From Trichosphaerium sp. ATCC 40318 (Eukaryota > Protista > Tubulinea), in NCBI GenBank assembly GCA_038496445.1, contig JALMLS010000320.1, forward strand, positions 186,001-250,000: 64,000 nt of DNA, in the 5' to 3' direction. Below are positions 51,782 through 64,000 of the stretch, in pieces. The position numbers were made by a program, and so were the translations under genes. The notes beneath the pieces were generated by a model that searched no databases, was not told the DNA's origin, and saw nothing but the letters and a program-made list of their open reading frames with translations. Each line of letters starts with the position of its first letter. Position 1 is the stretch's first letter.

Positions 51782-54710
51782 ATGTCACTGCATGTCATAA
51801 CGTTAGTTTGCATACTTGTTTGTCTAACTATTGGACAAACAAGCGCAAAATACGTCCCAACAAACAAACCAACGCCGTTGAGACCTTGCACGTTCTACGT
51901 CAATGAAACATCACCAATGAATACTACAGTACGCATTCAGAGTGATTTTGAATCGTTTTAGAAGCCTAACGCGTTTATTAGCCAGATGGTAGTCCACAAT
52001 ACCCTTATACATCAGTAAACACTTCTTTGCATGCCTGTGAAGTAGATGAAACAGAAAATAACAATGTAACGGATTGTGTTGTGTGTATTGGACGTACGTG
52101 TGTGTATACCGTAATGAACTTTCTTTGTTATCTTAACGCCGTCTGAAACAGATATGGTTTACGATCACTGGTATAAAGCCAACTACACTGCGATCAGAAG
52201 CGTGGTCTTTCAACCATGGAGAAATCAGTTAGGAGAGCAAAGATCATCGTTGCAGTTAGTGCGTCGAAGATCCAAAATACTCTGTTTTCTATTAAACGTT
52301 CGTAGAGTTTGCAAACGAAGTACTCGGTTAATGTTACTTTCATCGGTATGTACTCTACATATATTGTAGTCAGATACACTTTTTACTGATTTATTAACTG
52401 TAGGGATTGAGAGACTTCTAGTAGACTTAGTGCCAAGTGAAAAGAATATCCCAACTTTTTTGAATATGCAAATTTTAAATTGTACTGTGGTTAATAGTAC
52501 GTACTCTGTCATGAGTTCTTTTCACCTCCCACTAATGGTCGTCTTTAGTAATTCATCTCTATTTTTCACACGTAAAAATGTGTGTTAATGATACAGTGTT
52601 CTATCGTGGCGCAGGATTGCATACTGTTACAAGACTAGTAACAGTTGATGCTTTAATTAATAATGTGCTTTTCAAACCATTCTCAAAGCTCTCCTTGGAT
52701 ACAACAAGTGGTGACTTCTATTTTAATAATGTTTCTGTACTCTCCAGTGATGTTACACTTGATGGTACATTTTACATTAAAAGCAGACACTACTGTGTTT
52801 ATGAGCCTTTGAGTTTAAACAATGTTAGGGGACTTTGCTACTCTACATATTAATCAGAGTTATTTTGAGAATAATTACGGTTCTCATACTTTCCTTACAA
52901 ATACAATCTATGTTGAAGGAACAGAGTTCAAGTGTGATGTTCATGTACGTTAAACAAACGCGCACCTTTTGTTCTTTACATTTATTTTCTTGTGTAGCGC
53001 TGTGTTCGATTTGGCTATAGTTATTCTGATGTTTATGGTTATGTGAAGAATTCAACATGGAGTTTACTACCATCGTACGACAAAACTTTCTCCTTTTTTC
53101 CTTTCTTTCTTTTTTTTTTTTGCAACGAACTACAGAAGTATCGTTGTTGTGAAAACATTTAAATCCTTTTACTTTCTAAAGAGAAATCAGTTATCCTTGC
53201 AAAAAACCCGAGTTGTTATCCATGAATTGTTATCTGCGTGAGATAAGAGCTCCTCCCTTCTCAATTTATTTGTTATCCATGTGGATAACAACTATGGATG
53301 TTGAGTTATTTCGTGTAAAACAACTTAGACGCTTTACGTGAGATAAGTGACCCTATCGTCTAAATTTGTTGTTTATACATCCCAGAGGCCATCCTAGGAA
53401 CCTAGCCAAGCTACTACAAATTTGTTGTGAAATATAAGTAATTTTTTTAGTGGTTTTTTTTTTGTGAAGTAAAAATGTTCTGTGCCTCACGTCAAGTTTA
53501 GTTCTACTGCATTTATTTTAGGGCAAATTAATCCTTCAACTTTTGAAATTGACAATGTTATTATACAGTGTAAATATCAAGTACGGAAAAAATGAAGATA
53601 AAACAAAAATATGAATACTAACAATTTTTTTTTATTATCACCCAGACAACACACACTGAAACACTTATTTCTATTCAAAGTGGTTCTCTTAACACTGACC
53701 CAATTCTTGAAAATTGCAATAGTACGTACTATCAAAAGTAAAAAACGTTTCTTATGATGCACTAACACATTATTTTCTTTAGATTTTTGTGCACTTGGTA
53801 GTGTTAGACCAGAAATATATGAGAATTGCCAAAGATGCCCGTCAGGAACAATTTCATATTCCACTACAGCAAAAAAATGTGAACCCTGTCAAATAGGTAA
53901 TGTTTATCTCACATTATCATGCGCTACGTTGTTAACATTAATATAAAAAGGGTATGTTTCAAACTATGCTAGAACACAATGTACATCATGTCCAGCAGGA
54001 ACATTCAACGATGATCTGTGAGTTCTTTTTTAGATAGACCTACTTGCTTACTTTCACTTCTAGTGGGCAATCTATGTGTACTCCTTGTCCTTATGGAACT
54101 TATACACCAAATAACGGTTCAACTTATTGCTTTATATGTCCGTCAGGACATGCAGTGAATATTGAACATACTGCGTGTTCCAAATGTCCAGCTGGTATGA
54201 AGCCTTTTGTTGTTTTCCACAAACCAACCTCTAGGACAATATGAAAAAAACGGAGATTGTCTAATATGCACTAATGACCTTTTCTTGACTTCTGGGAAAG
54301 GGTACACGTCATGCAGTAAAGGTAGATACAGGTTTCCAGAATGAGAAAGAAAAAATTGATCTTTTTTGCCATTTTATTTTTTTGAGCGATAACTTGTTAT
54401 TCTCCATTACAAGATACTCAATTGTAGGGCAATTGACTGCCTTTATTTCGCTTATGACTTGTCATATAATTATAGTCACTTACACTTGCGAATGCATTGC
54501 CTTATTTTTGTTTTTAGTTGGTGTTCTTTTGGGTCTTTTTATATTTGTAGGAATTGGAACTATTATGATTTTGGTTTTTGGTACAATTCTTCGTTCTTAC
54601 CTTTCAGTGTTGTTGTGCCTTGGTTTTTAACTCGTTTATTAGCAGCTATAATGGTGAAAGTGTGTAAGAATAAGCATGGTGATACTGCTGAGTACTCAGC
54701 AGTTAACTAA
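51782..54710 (+). CDS. Cys-rich surface protein with ephrin-receptor-like/TNFR (GCC2-GCC3) repeats and a C-terminal TM
   Basis: Signal peptide, PDGSPQYPY, repeated C-x-x-CP-x-GT motifs (CQRCPSGT, CTSCPAGT, CTPCPYGT, CSKCPAG) and TM VLLGLFIFVGIGTIMILVF. Confidence 0.75.
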
Positions 54711-55782
54711 ACAAGTAATTGATTTATTGCTAAAAAAGTACATTCATACAAGTAGTTGTATGTAGCGTTAATGTATTTACAGAAAACAAATAATGTTGTT
54801 TGTAAAATAATAAAACCCACTACAATGATCATATTCTTAGACCACAAAATACTTTGCAATCTTTGATATGTGATATCAACAATATTCGAACTAATGAGAA
54901 AATCACGTGATAATTGGTGGGTCTGTGTAACAGAGGTATAGCAAGATGTATGTCTAAGTTAGGTCTATCTATTGTACATAAGTTATAGGTCGCTATATAG
55001 GGCTACACTTAGGATGTAGTAACCTTACTAGTAACTACGGTCCCACGGACGACCCCTTTGAGTATCGGATCATTAACTGAAAATCTTCATGTTACAACAT
55101 GAAATCATACTATTTTGGGCGATACGTTTGTCTAATCAACAGAAGCGTAAGTGTAACCAACTACTATCTCTCTGCTTAGTACTCTGGTGTACGAACCTCT
55201 AATTAGATACAGGTAGCTAACGTGTAGACTTTCCCTATTTGTAAACAAATCAAAAATAATAAAATACAAGCGTAGCAGGTAGAGTGTTACCAGTTAAATA
55301 TTTCCTATTGTGCACCCAAATATTAGTCGTAGCGTGCTACTACAGATAGTGGTTCTTGGAGGCCTCTACAAGTGTATATACGAAACAATTAGTATGGATA
55401 GTATGGACATACGTGACGCTGCAAGGATAACCACTACAAATACAAAAAATCACGTAATAAACATTTACAATAATTTCTTCCTTGTCAGTAATTGTGTAAT
55501 AGTGTTATGAAGTATTGACTACTCTTTGTATCAATACATGAATGAACTTTGACCACAGCACATACTTTTGCGCAAGTTTCCAGTCACTGGAACGAAAAAC
55601 ATAGTCGCTGATTGCAATAATTTTTTGTTATATTTTTCCTGAGTTTTTTGCTTGTGAAGTTGTTAAGCACTAATTTCTCCTTGAAGGGTCTATCAATCAC
55701 CACTCAACATCCCCTTACATTCTTCGAGGTAAACTGAGTGGTACTGAGGTGGGTACCGAACTATTTGTTTATTTTGTTCATA

Positions 55783-56564
55783 ATGCTGACCAGTCCCAAT
55801 ACTGTGGTGTGCGAGGTATCATAATAAAGGCAAAGGTAGTTAACAACTCATATTAATAGAGATTAACTGCACAATCACGTGATTTCCATCTATTACACCT
55901 ACCAGTTGAGATCCAGCTAGATATTATAGATTTGGACTCATTTACATATTTTATATGGCCGCTTATGTCGAAACAGGCAGCAATGACCACAAGGTTTGAT
56001 GGTGAGATGAAAAAGCATGGAAAATGGGTTAGAAGGTTCAATAAGAAACTCGTAGAGCAAAACTACTGGAAACACGGCGTAAGAGAAGGAGAACACAAAG
56101 ATTGGTATTTCAACGGCCAATTGGAGACCCAGTGTAATTACATCAATGGTAAACGAGAGGGAGAATTCAAGGAATGGCATTTCAATGGCCAATTGGAGAT
56201 CCAATGTAATTACATCAATGGCAAACGAGAAGGGGAATGCAAACAATGGCATTTCACTGGCGAATTATATAGCCAGTTTAATTACCTCAATGGCAAACTG
56301 GAAGGTGAATACAAGCAATGGCATGACAATGGCCAACTGAGGGAGCGTTTTAATTACGTAAATGATGAGCGAGAAGGAGAATACAAACAATGGCATGACA
56401 ATGGCCAATTGCGCGTGAAGTGTAATTACATCAATGGTAAACAAGAAGGAGAATGCAAGGAATGGTATGCCAATGGCCAATTGGAGAGCCAGTGTAATTA
56501 CATCAATGGTAAACAACAAGGAGAAGGCAAACACTGGCGTGATAATGGCCAATTAATTGTGTAA
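55783..56564 (+). CDS. F-box + MORN-variant repeat protein with a homogeneous repeat array, 2 exons
   Basis: Exon 1 MLTSPNTVVCE, phase-0 intron 55816-55859, LLHLPVEIQLDII...WPLMSK...TTRFDGEMKKHGKW, then 6 full 24-aa repeats and a partial one. Confidence 0.9.
56103..56560 (+). repeat. 72-bp coding tandem repeat (MORN-variant units)
   Basis: TGGCAT...AATGGCCAATTG...TGTAATTACATCAATGG..AAA....GAAGG recurs at a 72-nt period. Confidence 0.9.
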
Positions 56565-56758
56565 CATGATGTTCATTATTTTAAGGAGTTTGATGGTGGA
56601 ATACCACGTGGTATCCTTCCTGGTTTAGACGTTGCAAGGTCTGCTTGCCATCACTTAACATCCTTCTGAAGGAATAAATGTCAAGAAAAGTCAATTAAGT
56701 CAGCGTAACAGTCATTTTGTTACACATCAGTAGCGATCACACTGCACAATACCTAAAA

Positions 56759-58729
56759 ATGTTCGGAAGCGGTACAAGAAGAAAGAGAAGGAGATCTGGT
56801 GACGAAGATTACTCAACCGGTACGTTTTAAACCGAATAACCTGTTAAACGTATTTACTTGTTTAAAGGTCTCGAAAGTGATTTATACGCAGAACCAATGG
56901 GAGAGTGGTACGTCGCTTGGGTTTTACGACGTTTTAAAACAATTTTTATTTTTCCGCGTTTAATACTCACTCTAAACGTTAGTGGAACTATTCTGGATGA
57001 ACTAGTACGTGTTATAATATATAAAACAGAGAATTGATACATGAAACGTAATATTAAGCACGTGATAGATGAGACAAACGTGTGCGGAAGCATTTTTACA
57101 GCCGGTAGACTGGAAAGGTCTTAATCTTGTTTCTTATCCACGTATTGTTAAAAAACCAATGGACTTGGGAACTATAAAGAAACTACTAGACTCAAACCTA
57201 TTTGAAAGGTACGTCAACAGACTACAAGACAAGAAAGTATTCCCAAAAAAATTTTGAGAAATAAAACAAGCCATTTTCTGCACTAAACTAGATTGAAAAA
57301 ACACAAAAATTCTATGTTTGCAGCCTCTTTTCTTGTTATTGGGGAAATCGTTTGGGTTTTTTGCCCTTTTTTTGCGCCTTTTTTTCAATTAATGTTCATT
57401 CATTGTTTTTTTTAGCCCAGAGCATTTTGCAATTCACGTGCGCTTGGTTTTTTCAAATGCTTTACTATTCAATGCAAGGGTATGTATATTTATTATGCTG
57501 TGTTCTCCATGGCTTCTATTGCATAAAAGAACTCGAGAGAAGAAAGAGCTCTTTTGGTCAACGTTTTGTGCCAAAGTTTTTACGAATTCCAACTCTGTTG
57601 TCGCAGGTACTAACCTTAGCATTTATAGCACTCCCCGATTGGAAATGCCGCTGTTTTTTTGAACGATATTTTTGAGAAATCGTATGGCGCTTTGATTGAT
57701 AAATGGCTTCCTGGTGCAGAGGTACTTTTCATCATTTTGTTCTCGTACATAATTTGTACTAATATTTTGACGTATGTAAAGGCTTCAGGAACTCCAAGCG
57801 TTGCACCTGCACCCAAACGTAGACGTAAAGCATCAAATGCAACAGCTGCAGATAGCGAACTTAAAGGTCACATAGCTAAGTTACGTCAAGCAATCTTGGG
57901 CATGGATAAGACTGTCAGTGGTATAAAGGTATGTACCTTTGATAATTCCGGGATCAAGGAATCCTCTGACATACTTTAGGCTATGTACCAGACAAAGAAA
58001 AAGAAGCTGAAACGAATAACATTCACCAAACCACAAAAACCTTTGACATACAAAGAGAAGGAGAATTTATGCCATCTTATTGAGAAATTACATCCAGATG
58101 ATCTACCTGGTCTCTTAGCTGTTATCAGTCAAAAGCAAAATAAACCAGTACGTCATAACGAAACAAAAACATTTCACGTAACAGCGCTTTTAACGATCTT
58201 CTTTAAAAAAAAAGAAATTCACTTTTTTTGACTAAAGATGTGCTTGTAAAGCTATCACTTTGTACATGAATCTGATCATACGTCAGAACCATGTGCAAAC
58301 TAAAATTTTCTTGTTTAACATCAGAATCATGCGGTGCTCTAACCGTCATTCGTTTTGATGTTTTCAATTGAATTTTCGAGTGCCTCAACTAAAATATGAT
58401 ATCTAGGAGACAGAAGTCGTTATAGATATGGAAGAAATGGACATGTGGACTCTAATGAAGTTACAAAAATATGTACAACATTGCTTAAAGCATAACCATG
58501 CTTCAACATCAAATACCTCCACTTCAGGTACACGCACGTGTTAGCAAGACCATGCGAAATCATCTAATTGTTTTTCTCAGGTGCAAACCAAGGTACTGCA
58601 ACTACTGATGTTGTTGAGGCTTTAGAGGATCAAATACAAAGTAAGAAACAGTGTTTTTAAAAGTATTTATTCCGTGCTTATTTTCATGTAGATATAAAGG
58701 AGCAGCAATACATTGATGCATCACACTGA
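56759..58729 (+). CDS. Bromodomain + extra-terminal (ET) domain protein, BET/GTE-like
   Basis: AEAFLQPVDWKGLNLVSYPRIVKKPMDLGTIKK...VRLVFSNALLFN, then the ET domain PLTYKEKENLCHLIEKL...EVVIDMEEMDMWTLMKLQKYV. Confidence 0.88.
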
Positions 58730-59118
58730 GCACTTTCAGGTTTTTTGGCTATAAAAAATACCCTTTGACTTGTAACACCTAAAATAAATGGTTGACTGTT
58801 ATTACAATGTTGTTTCTTTTATTCCAGAACGGTATTGGGACATTTAGAAAGGCGAAACTTGTTGAAGAAAACCAATGAATATGATCAAAAAAAAAATTGT
58901 TTGTTGTCGTCCATATCCAATAATATCAAGCTGTATTTCCACTGGAAGCGAGCTTAGATAGCTACACATTATCCATCTTTTGAAGCGTGATTACTTTGCG
59001 ACATAAAAGAATTGCTTCAATGATACTATCATAAAAATATTATTTGATATATTCAATCAAAAAAAAAGTGATTGATTAAAATTCTGTAGTCAAACAAAGT
59101 AGTTCTATACTACTACAA

Positions 59119-59952
59119 ATGGAAGAACACTCAGGAACAACTAATTACTTCGACCTTATCGCGCTCCCAGTTGAAGTAGTAGTTCATATTCTTAAACAAG
59201 GAACGCATACACTTCGCGCGGCCCAAACTTGTCGCCTCTTGAGAGATATCGTTCACAAATATGTTGGATACAACCACATCAATGTTATCCATACATCCAC
59301 AGTGCTAATGCTTGCTATGCGTCCTTTATTACTGCAAAACACGAGCCTTAGATTAAACAAGCATACAATGAATGATAATCATTTGCGTTTACTTAAAGGC
59401 GTACATACTATTAGCATGATTGATTGCACTCTAATAACGGATTATGGGTTCAAGTCGATGGCTGGCGTACATGCGATTTATCTATCAGAAACGAGCATAA
59501 CAGATGATGGGTTGGATGCGTTGGCTGGAGTACACACAATCTATTTAAATAGATGTGAACAAATTACAGACAAGGGCATCAAGACACTGGCGGGAGTACA
59601 CGATATTGATCTGTCACAAACGAGCATAACAGATGAAGGTTTGAAGGCGTTGGCAGGTGTACACACAATCTGCTTGTGTTGTTGCAAAGAAATAACAGAC
59701 AAGGGCATCATGACACTGGCGGGAGTACATGAGATTGATCTATCAGAAACGAGTGTAACAGATAAAGGCTTGAAGGCGTTGGCAGGTGTACACACAATCT
59801 GCTTGTGTTGTTGCAAAGAAATAACAGATAAGGGCATCATGACACTGGCGGGAGTACATGATATTGATCTGGCACTAACGAGTGTAACAGATGAAGGCAT
59901 CAAAGCGTTGGCTGGTGCACACAGAATTGCTTTATCGTATGCGACAGTATAG
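59119..59952 (+). CDS. F-box + leucine-rich repeat protein, intronless ORF
   Basis: LIALPVEVVVHIL...AAQTCRLLR F-box followed by about 8 LRRs of the form ITDxGxxxLAGVHxIxL. Confidence 0.9.
   Translation: MEEHSGTTNYFDLIALPVEVVVHILKQGTHTLRAAQTCRLLRDIVHKYVGYNHINVIHTSTVLMLAMRPLLLQNTSLRLNKHTMNDNHLRLLKGVHTISMIDCTLITDYGFKSMAGVHAIYLSETSITDDGLDALAGVHTIYLNRCEQITDKGIKTLAGVHDIDLSQTSITDEGLKALAGVHTICLCCCKEITDKGIMTLAGVHEIDLSETSVTDKGLKALAGVHTICLCCCKEITDKGIMTLAGVHDIDLALTSVTDEGIKALAGAHRIALSYATV
59566..59930 (+). repeat. 129-bp coding tandem repeat (a 21-aa + 22-aa LRR pair)
   Basis: ACAGA(C/T)AAGGGCATC starts at 59566, 59695 and 59824. Confidence 0.92.
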
Positions 59953-60317
59953 CAGGTCTATTATCTTTTTAGAGCGCTACACATCAAGGGAATCACGGCT
60001 TTGTCGAATGGATAGTATGGACAAGTTATGGCAGCTCATACTTTTTACTTAGCAAGTTCACAAGAAGGAATGTCTTATCTTGACTTTGCCTAAATTGACA
60101 TATTGGTGATGTTAACTGTGTTGAATCCTCTTGCTTGTTGTAATACCATAAAAATATGTTTATTTGATTAGAGTGGTCTAGCGAGGGTATGAATATTTGA
60201 AGAATTCTATTTTGTCTTATGTCCTTTTTGACACAGTTCACTACACTAAAAAGGCAATTGACATTAGCTAATGTTCTTTCTATGTATTGTTAACGAATAA
60301 TGTGTCAAGGTGTATTC

Positions 60318-61424
60318 TTATTCTAACGTTTTTGGAAATATCCAACCTTTGTGGTCTAATTTACTTCCATTAATATAAAACTCTGAAAAATAAGATCCAT
60401 TATAATACCAATATCTGTATTCTCCTTCTAGTTTATCATTTTTATAAAAACAATGAATTTTTAACTCTCCTTTGTGGGCACGCCAAACCTTATACTCTCC
60501 TTCTCTTTTACCATTGATATATCGACAGGTTTTCTTCAATTCTCCATTGGTAGACCATACCTTTAATTTTCCATGTACCTTACCATTGACACAAAAAAAC
60601 TGCTGTTTAAGTCGGCCATTTGAATACCAACTGTTGAACTCTCCTTCTTCTTTACCATTGGCATAATGGCTATGCTCTATAACTTGACCTTTACTATTCC
60701 ATCGCAAGGAGTCTCCGTCTTTTTTACCATTGAAAAAGAAGCATCCGCAACTAAGAAAACCATTGTTATGCCATTCCTTGTAAACACCATGTAAAACACC
60801 TTTCAGATAGCAACATTGTTTTCTCATTTGATTGTTTTTATGCCAACACCTACAATCTCCTTCTCTGATACCTTTGACATATGTACACTCCTCATCCAAT
60901 ACACCATTCACGTGATATGTTTTATACTCACCGTCTAAAAGACCATCGACAAAGTGTGAATGCTTCTTTATCCCAAGACCATTATACCACTCTTTGTATT
61001 CTCCTGATAACTTACTGTTCTCATTGTAATACGATTCAGTACATCTATTACCATTGTAGTACCTTAAAGGTATGTTAGCGTGTCTTGAAAGATCACTCGA
61101 GGTAACTTTCAAAACAAGATAAAAAGGTCTTGGTTCGAAAAATCTGAGATCAGACTTTTTTTTAACCACGTGTCAATAAAAAGAATTGAAATTATACCAT
61201 GTTTTGTATTCTCCGTGGAGTTTCCCTGATATGTATGTACACTTTGCACATATTACATCGTTGAAGTATTTACGCCACCTCCCATGTTTTTTTAAACAAT
61301 CGTCATACCTACTCGCCTTTGCTGCTGTATTTGACAAAACTGGCCATATCTTGTATAAAGAGGTGTCCATTTCCATGATATCAAGCTGTAACTCTACCGG
61401 AAGTGAAGTCAGGTCGCTACACAT
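60318..61424 (-). CDS. F-box + MORN-variant repeat protein, 2 exons
   Basis: LTSLPVELQLDIM...WPVLS...SRYDDCLKKHGRW. A phase-2 intron at 61197-61063 splits a Trp codon (KTW|YYNG), followed by about 10 repeats. Confidence 0.88.
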
Positions 61425-61632
61425 GAGCGTGTCTTGTTATGTCAAGGAAAGTTCGAAGTAAATACAAGTACTGACATGTTTTCAACAGCTAGTCACGTGT
61501 TTTCTTCAAATCACTCCTCTTTCGATAATTACAAATATATGTATCCCCAGTGTACTAACGCTGGAAGTTTTTAATGGAAATGGCTACTTTATTCTCTGAG
61601 GGTTAAGTCTGTTTTACAAATTAGCGTCATCT

Positions 61633-64000
61633 TCATCGTCTGAGCTTGTACTCTCCTTTCTTTTCTTTGATTTTATCGCTCCTTTGGCATCTTCGCCTGA
61701 TAGGGAGAAGTGATAACGGTATTGCTAGTAAAGAGTTATTGATTATTGTTTTACAAATCTGAACAAGAAATTTCAAGTACGTACAACTTTTCTTCCAAGT
61801 AGTTTCATGAGCCAATACCACCATGAAAATCGATTATCACGTGGTCCAATAAATGCAAGTAATGATACAAATAGTAGAAAGGCAAATATAAGTGAGTAGG
61901 CAACTACCATAACCATGAATGCGCCAAACTAAACACACAAAATGTAAGAAGGAAAAGTTCGATCAAACCATACCCTGAAAAAGAAGCGAACTTGTGCAAA
62001 AAACAGCATAAAGCTGCCCAAGAAAGTAGTTATAGAAGCTGATATTAATGAGATACCAACATGTCCAAGAGCGTTTCGTAGTTTCTGGAGACGTATTCCC
62101 TTCTTTGAATAATCTGCTTTTGCCACTCTAAAGTCAATCGCCAAATGCAAAGTATAATCAACACTCAATCCAGCCAAAACAGCAATAGAAATTGCTTCGA
62201 TGATACCTATTTTAAACAAACAGTTAATCACACGCTGAATGAGATATCTTTCGTTAATAAAATAACATACCAAGATCCCATCCTATCCATACCATTGTTG
62301 CAATGATGGCACAAACAACTCCACAAATCGAGAAAAAAGCAAGAAAAGAGATCAAGATATCGGATGTTGCAATAATGAGAACAAACGCAACAATACCAAG
62401 TGATATACCCAATCCAACAAGTGCTGCTTTCACAATCTGTTCTTCGAACTCCATACCTACATACTGAGGACTAGTCTGATACATTCTACGAAGAGAAGGA
62501 GGAGTTGTGGGCAAAGCATTGATATTAGCGCTCCACTCTTGCATACTTTCATAAATAGGTCGCACAGTATCAGCAGGATCCAAGAAAGTAAAGGAAGAGA
62601 ATCCAAATATCTAATAGAACAAGTAAACAAAAGGTTGTAAGATTGACAAGATTATTAACACTAAAAATGGTACAAAAATAATCGTAAAAGCAGACATACC
62701 GAAAACCAGACAATTTGTTGGTCTCCGTTTCCATCTGTTTGACATTGCATCGCTATATTCCATGTATCTTCTTCAGTACGCTTTGCAAAACGTTTCCATG
62801 AACATATATTATCAACAAAGGTCTTCTTATCAGTAATAGGCCAAGAATTGTTTGGTTGAGAAACCCAAAAGTCTCTGAAAGCAGTCATAAAACAATTCAT
62901 GTTTGATGCAGAGATTAACGGATTACCATCCTCTAAAGTATGTACTTTAATATTGAGCTTTTAGCAACGGCGATTATAAATGCCATTGATGTTACTTACT
63001 TCCTTTTTGTAGAGCAAGGGAATCACAAGTGGAGATTACAGATGATTGAACAGCTACTATGTCATCAAGAGTGAATTCAGGATCGAAAATGGGTTCTCCC
63101 AGTTTCACATCTTTCAAATCAGCTCGAGATCTATCTAATCCTTTTAAACCCCATACAACTGATACTATAACACCATTTCCTCCTGCACTCTAAACCAGAA
63201 TAAGTAAAGGGGAAAAAAACACGAAAAACAGAATACATTGCAAAGTTGTTAGAATTCAACAGAAGATAAGTGTCGCCACATTTCCACTGTCACAAAGAAT
63301 AACGAGCTGTTTTGTTGTTACGTACTTCTGTCGCCAAGAAGAATTTTCCAGTTTTAGTAACAAGTTGTTGAATTGGATGACTGTCAGGAAGGAACGCTAA
63401 CAGTGATTTTAAGCGAAATGACAAAATATAATAATGAGTACCTTCCGCTTCTTGTATAGGCTTTATTGTGGTTGCAAAGTAAAGTGTAACACCAATAAAC
63501 ACAATAAATAAAACGATTATAACAAACCTTGCTTTGTGAACATAGGTCGAGAAAGGTCCTTCAAAGAATATCTCCATCCATCTTCTATCCTGTTGATCCT
63601 TGTCATGAGAGCCTAAAAAACACCTTTAGTAAGGAGAAGCCACAAGAAGTTATCATTTACAAAGCACATACTCTTGTCTTTTAGATTACTTCGTTCAATA
63701 TCATCGCTAATCCCTTCTTCTGATTCGGGATCTCTACAACACCAACAACCATGCTTACAATACTTTAGATTGCATCCTTCGTCATCACTATTATCTTCTT
63801 CTTCTGGCTCGGGATCTTTGAAACAACAACAGCAGCAACTCTTACAATACCTATTTGCGAGAATAACACAAGCAGGCCAAAAAGTGATGGCCATTGCATA
63901 ATCAACTCTACGAAAAACATGAGTAACAAAGCAAGCTGTTACTTTTTCTCTGAGAAAACGCACAAAATGATTGTTCCAGCAAAAACACCAAAGTTTCTTA
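61633..64000 (-). CDS. Dispatched/Patched-like RND sterol-sensing-domain protein, 3' part
   Basis: Multiple TMs, WDLGIIEAISIAVLAGLSVDYTLHLA (GxSVD motif), ALGHVGISLISASITT and a Cys-rich cytosolic loop. The 5' end lies outside the window. Confidence 0.88.

Noticed and set aside
53271-53290. DnaA box / bacterial origin
   Set aside because: A single perfect match inside a eukaryotic intron, better explained as part of a GATA-like cluster.
54720-55780. About 1 kb gap that might hold a decayed LRR/F-box gene
   Set aside because: Only faint VHTI/ITDK-like fragments are visible, too weak to call.
55783-56564. Possible diversity-generating retroelement target
   Set aside because: No reverse transcriptase or template/variable repeat pair is visible in the window, and the differences are not obviously adenine-specific.
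59541-59903. Repetitive minus-strand ORF (similarly 55938-56552)
   Set aside because: These are antisense shadows of the LRR and MORN coding repeats.

Overview
AT-rich (roughly one-third GC by eye), gene-dense eukaryotic DNA with many short spliceosomal introns, mostly about 40-110 nt. Donors are GTACG/GTAAG/GTATG/GTGCG plus several GCACGT, and branch points resemble CTAAC. Gene content and splice signals suggest a free-living protist, probably amoebozoan (inference). The ORF track fragments most genes, so I rebuilt about 30 spliced genes by eye. Recognisable genes: DIM1, YME2, a PRELI-domain protein, a STE20/PAK-like kinase, a BET bromodomain protein, a divergent 14-3-3, an enolase-superfamily dipeptide epimerase, a VOC protein, two inverted aldo-keto reductase copies (one frameshifted), a Dispatched-like protein, and several secreted or surface proteins. 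One surface protein fuses a beta-helix ectodomain to a class C GPCR 7TM domain. The main accessory signal is a dispersed family of six F-box + MORN-variant repeat genes (about one per 10 kb) whose 24-aa repeats vary at fixed positions, alongside F-box-LRR, F-box-propeller and BTB adaptors and decayed copies. Other notable signals are a Trp-rich tandem-repeat protein ending in a PD-(D/E)XK nuclease domain, about 45 CACGTG sites (about 6 expected), and GC donors that all read GCACGT. No tRNA, rRNA, CRISPR array, transposase or reverse transcriptase was seen. Exon boundaries are manual and approximate, and no database searches were run.
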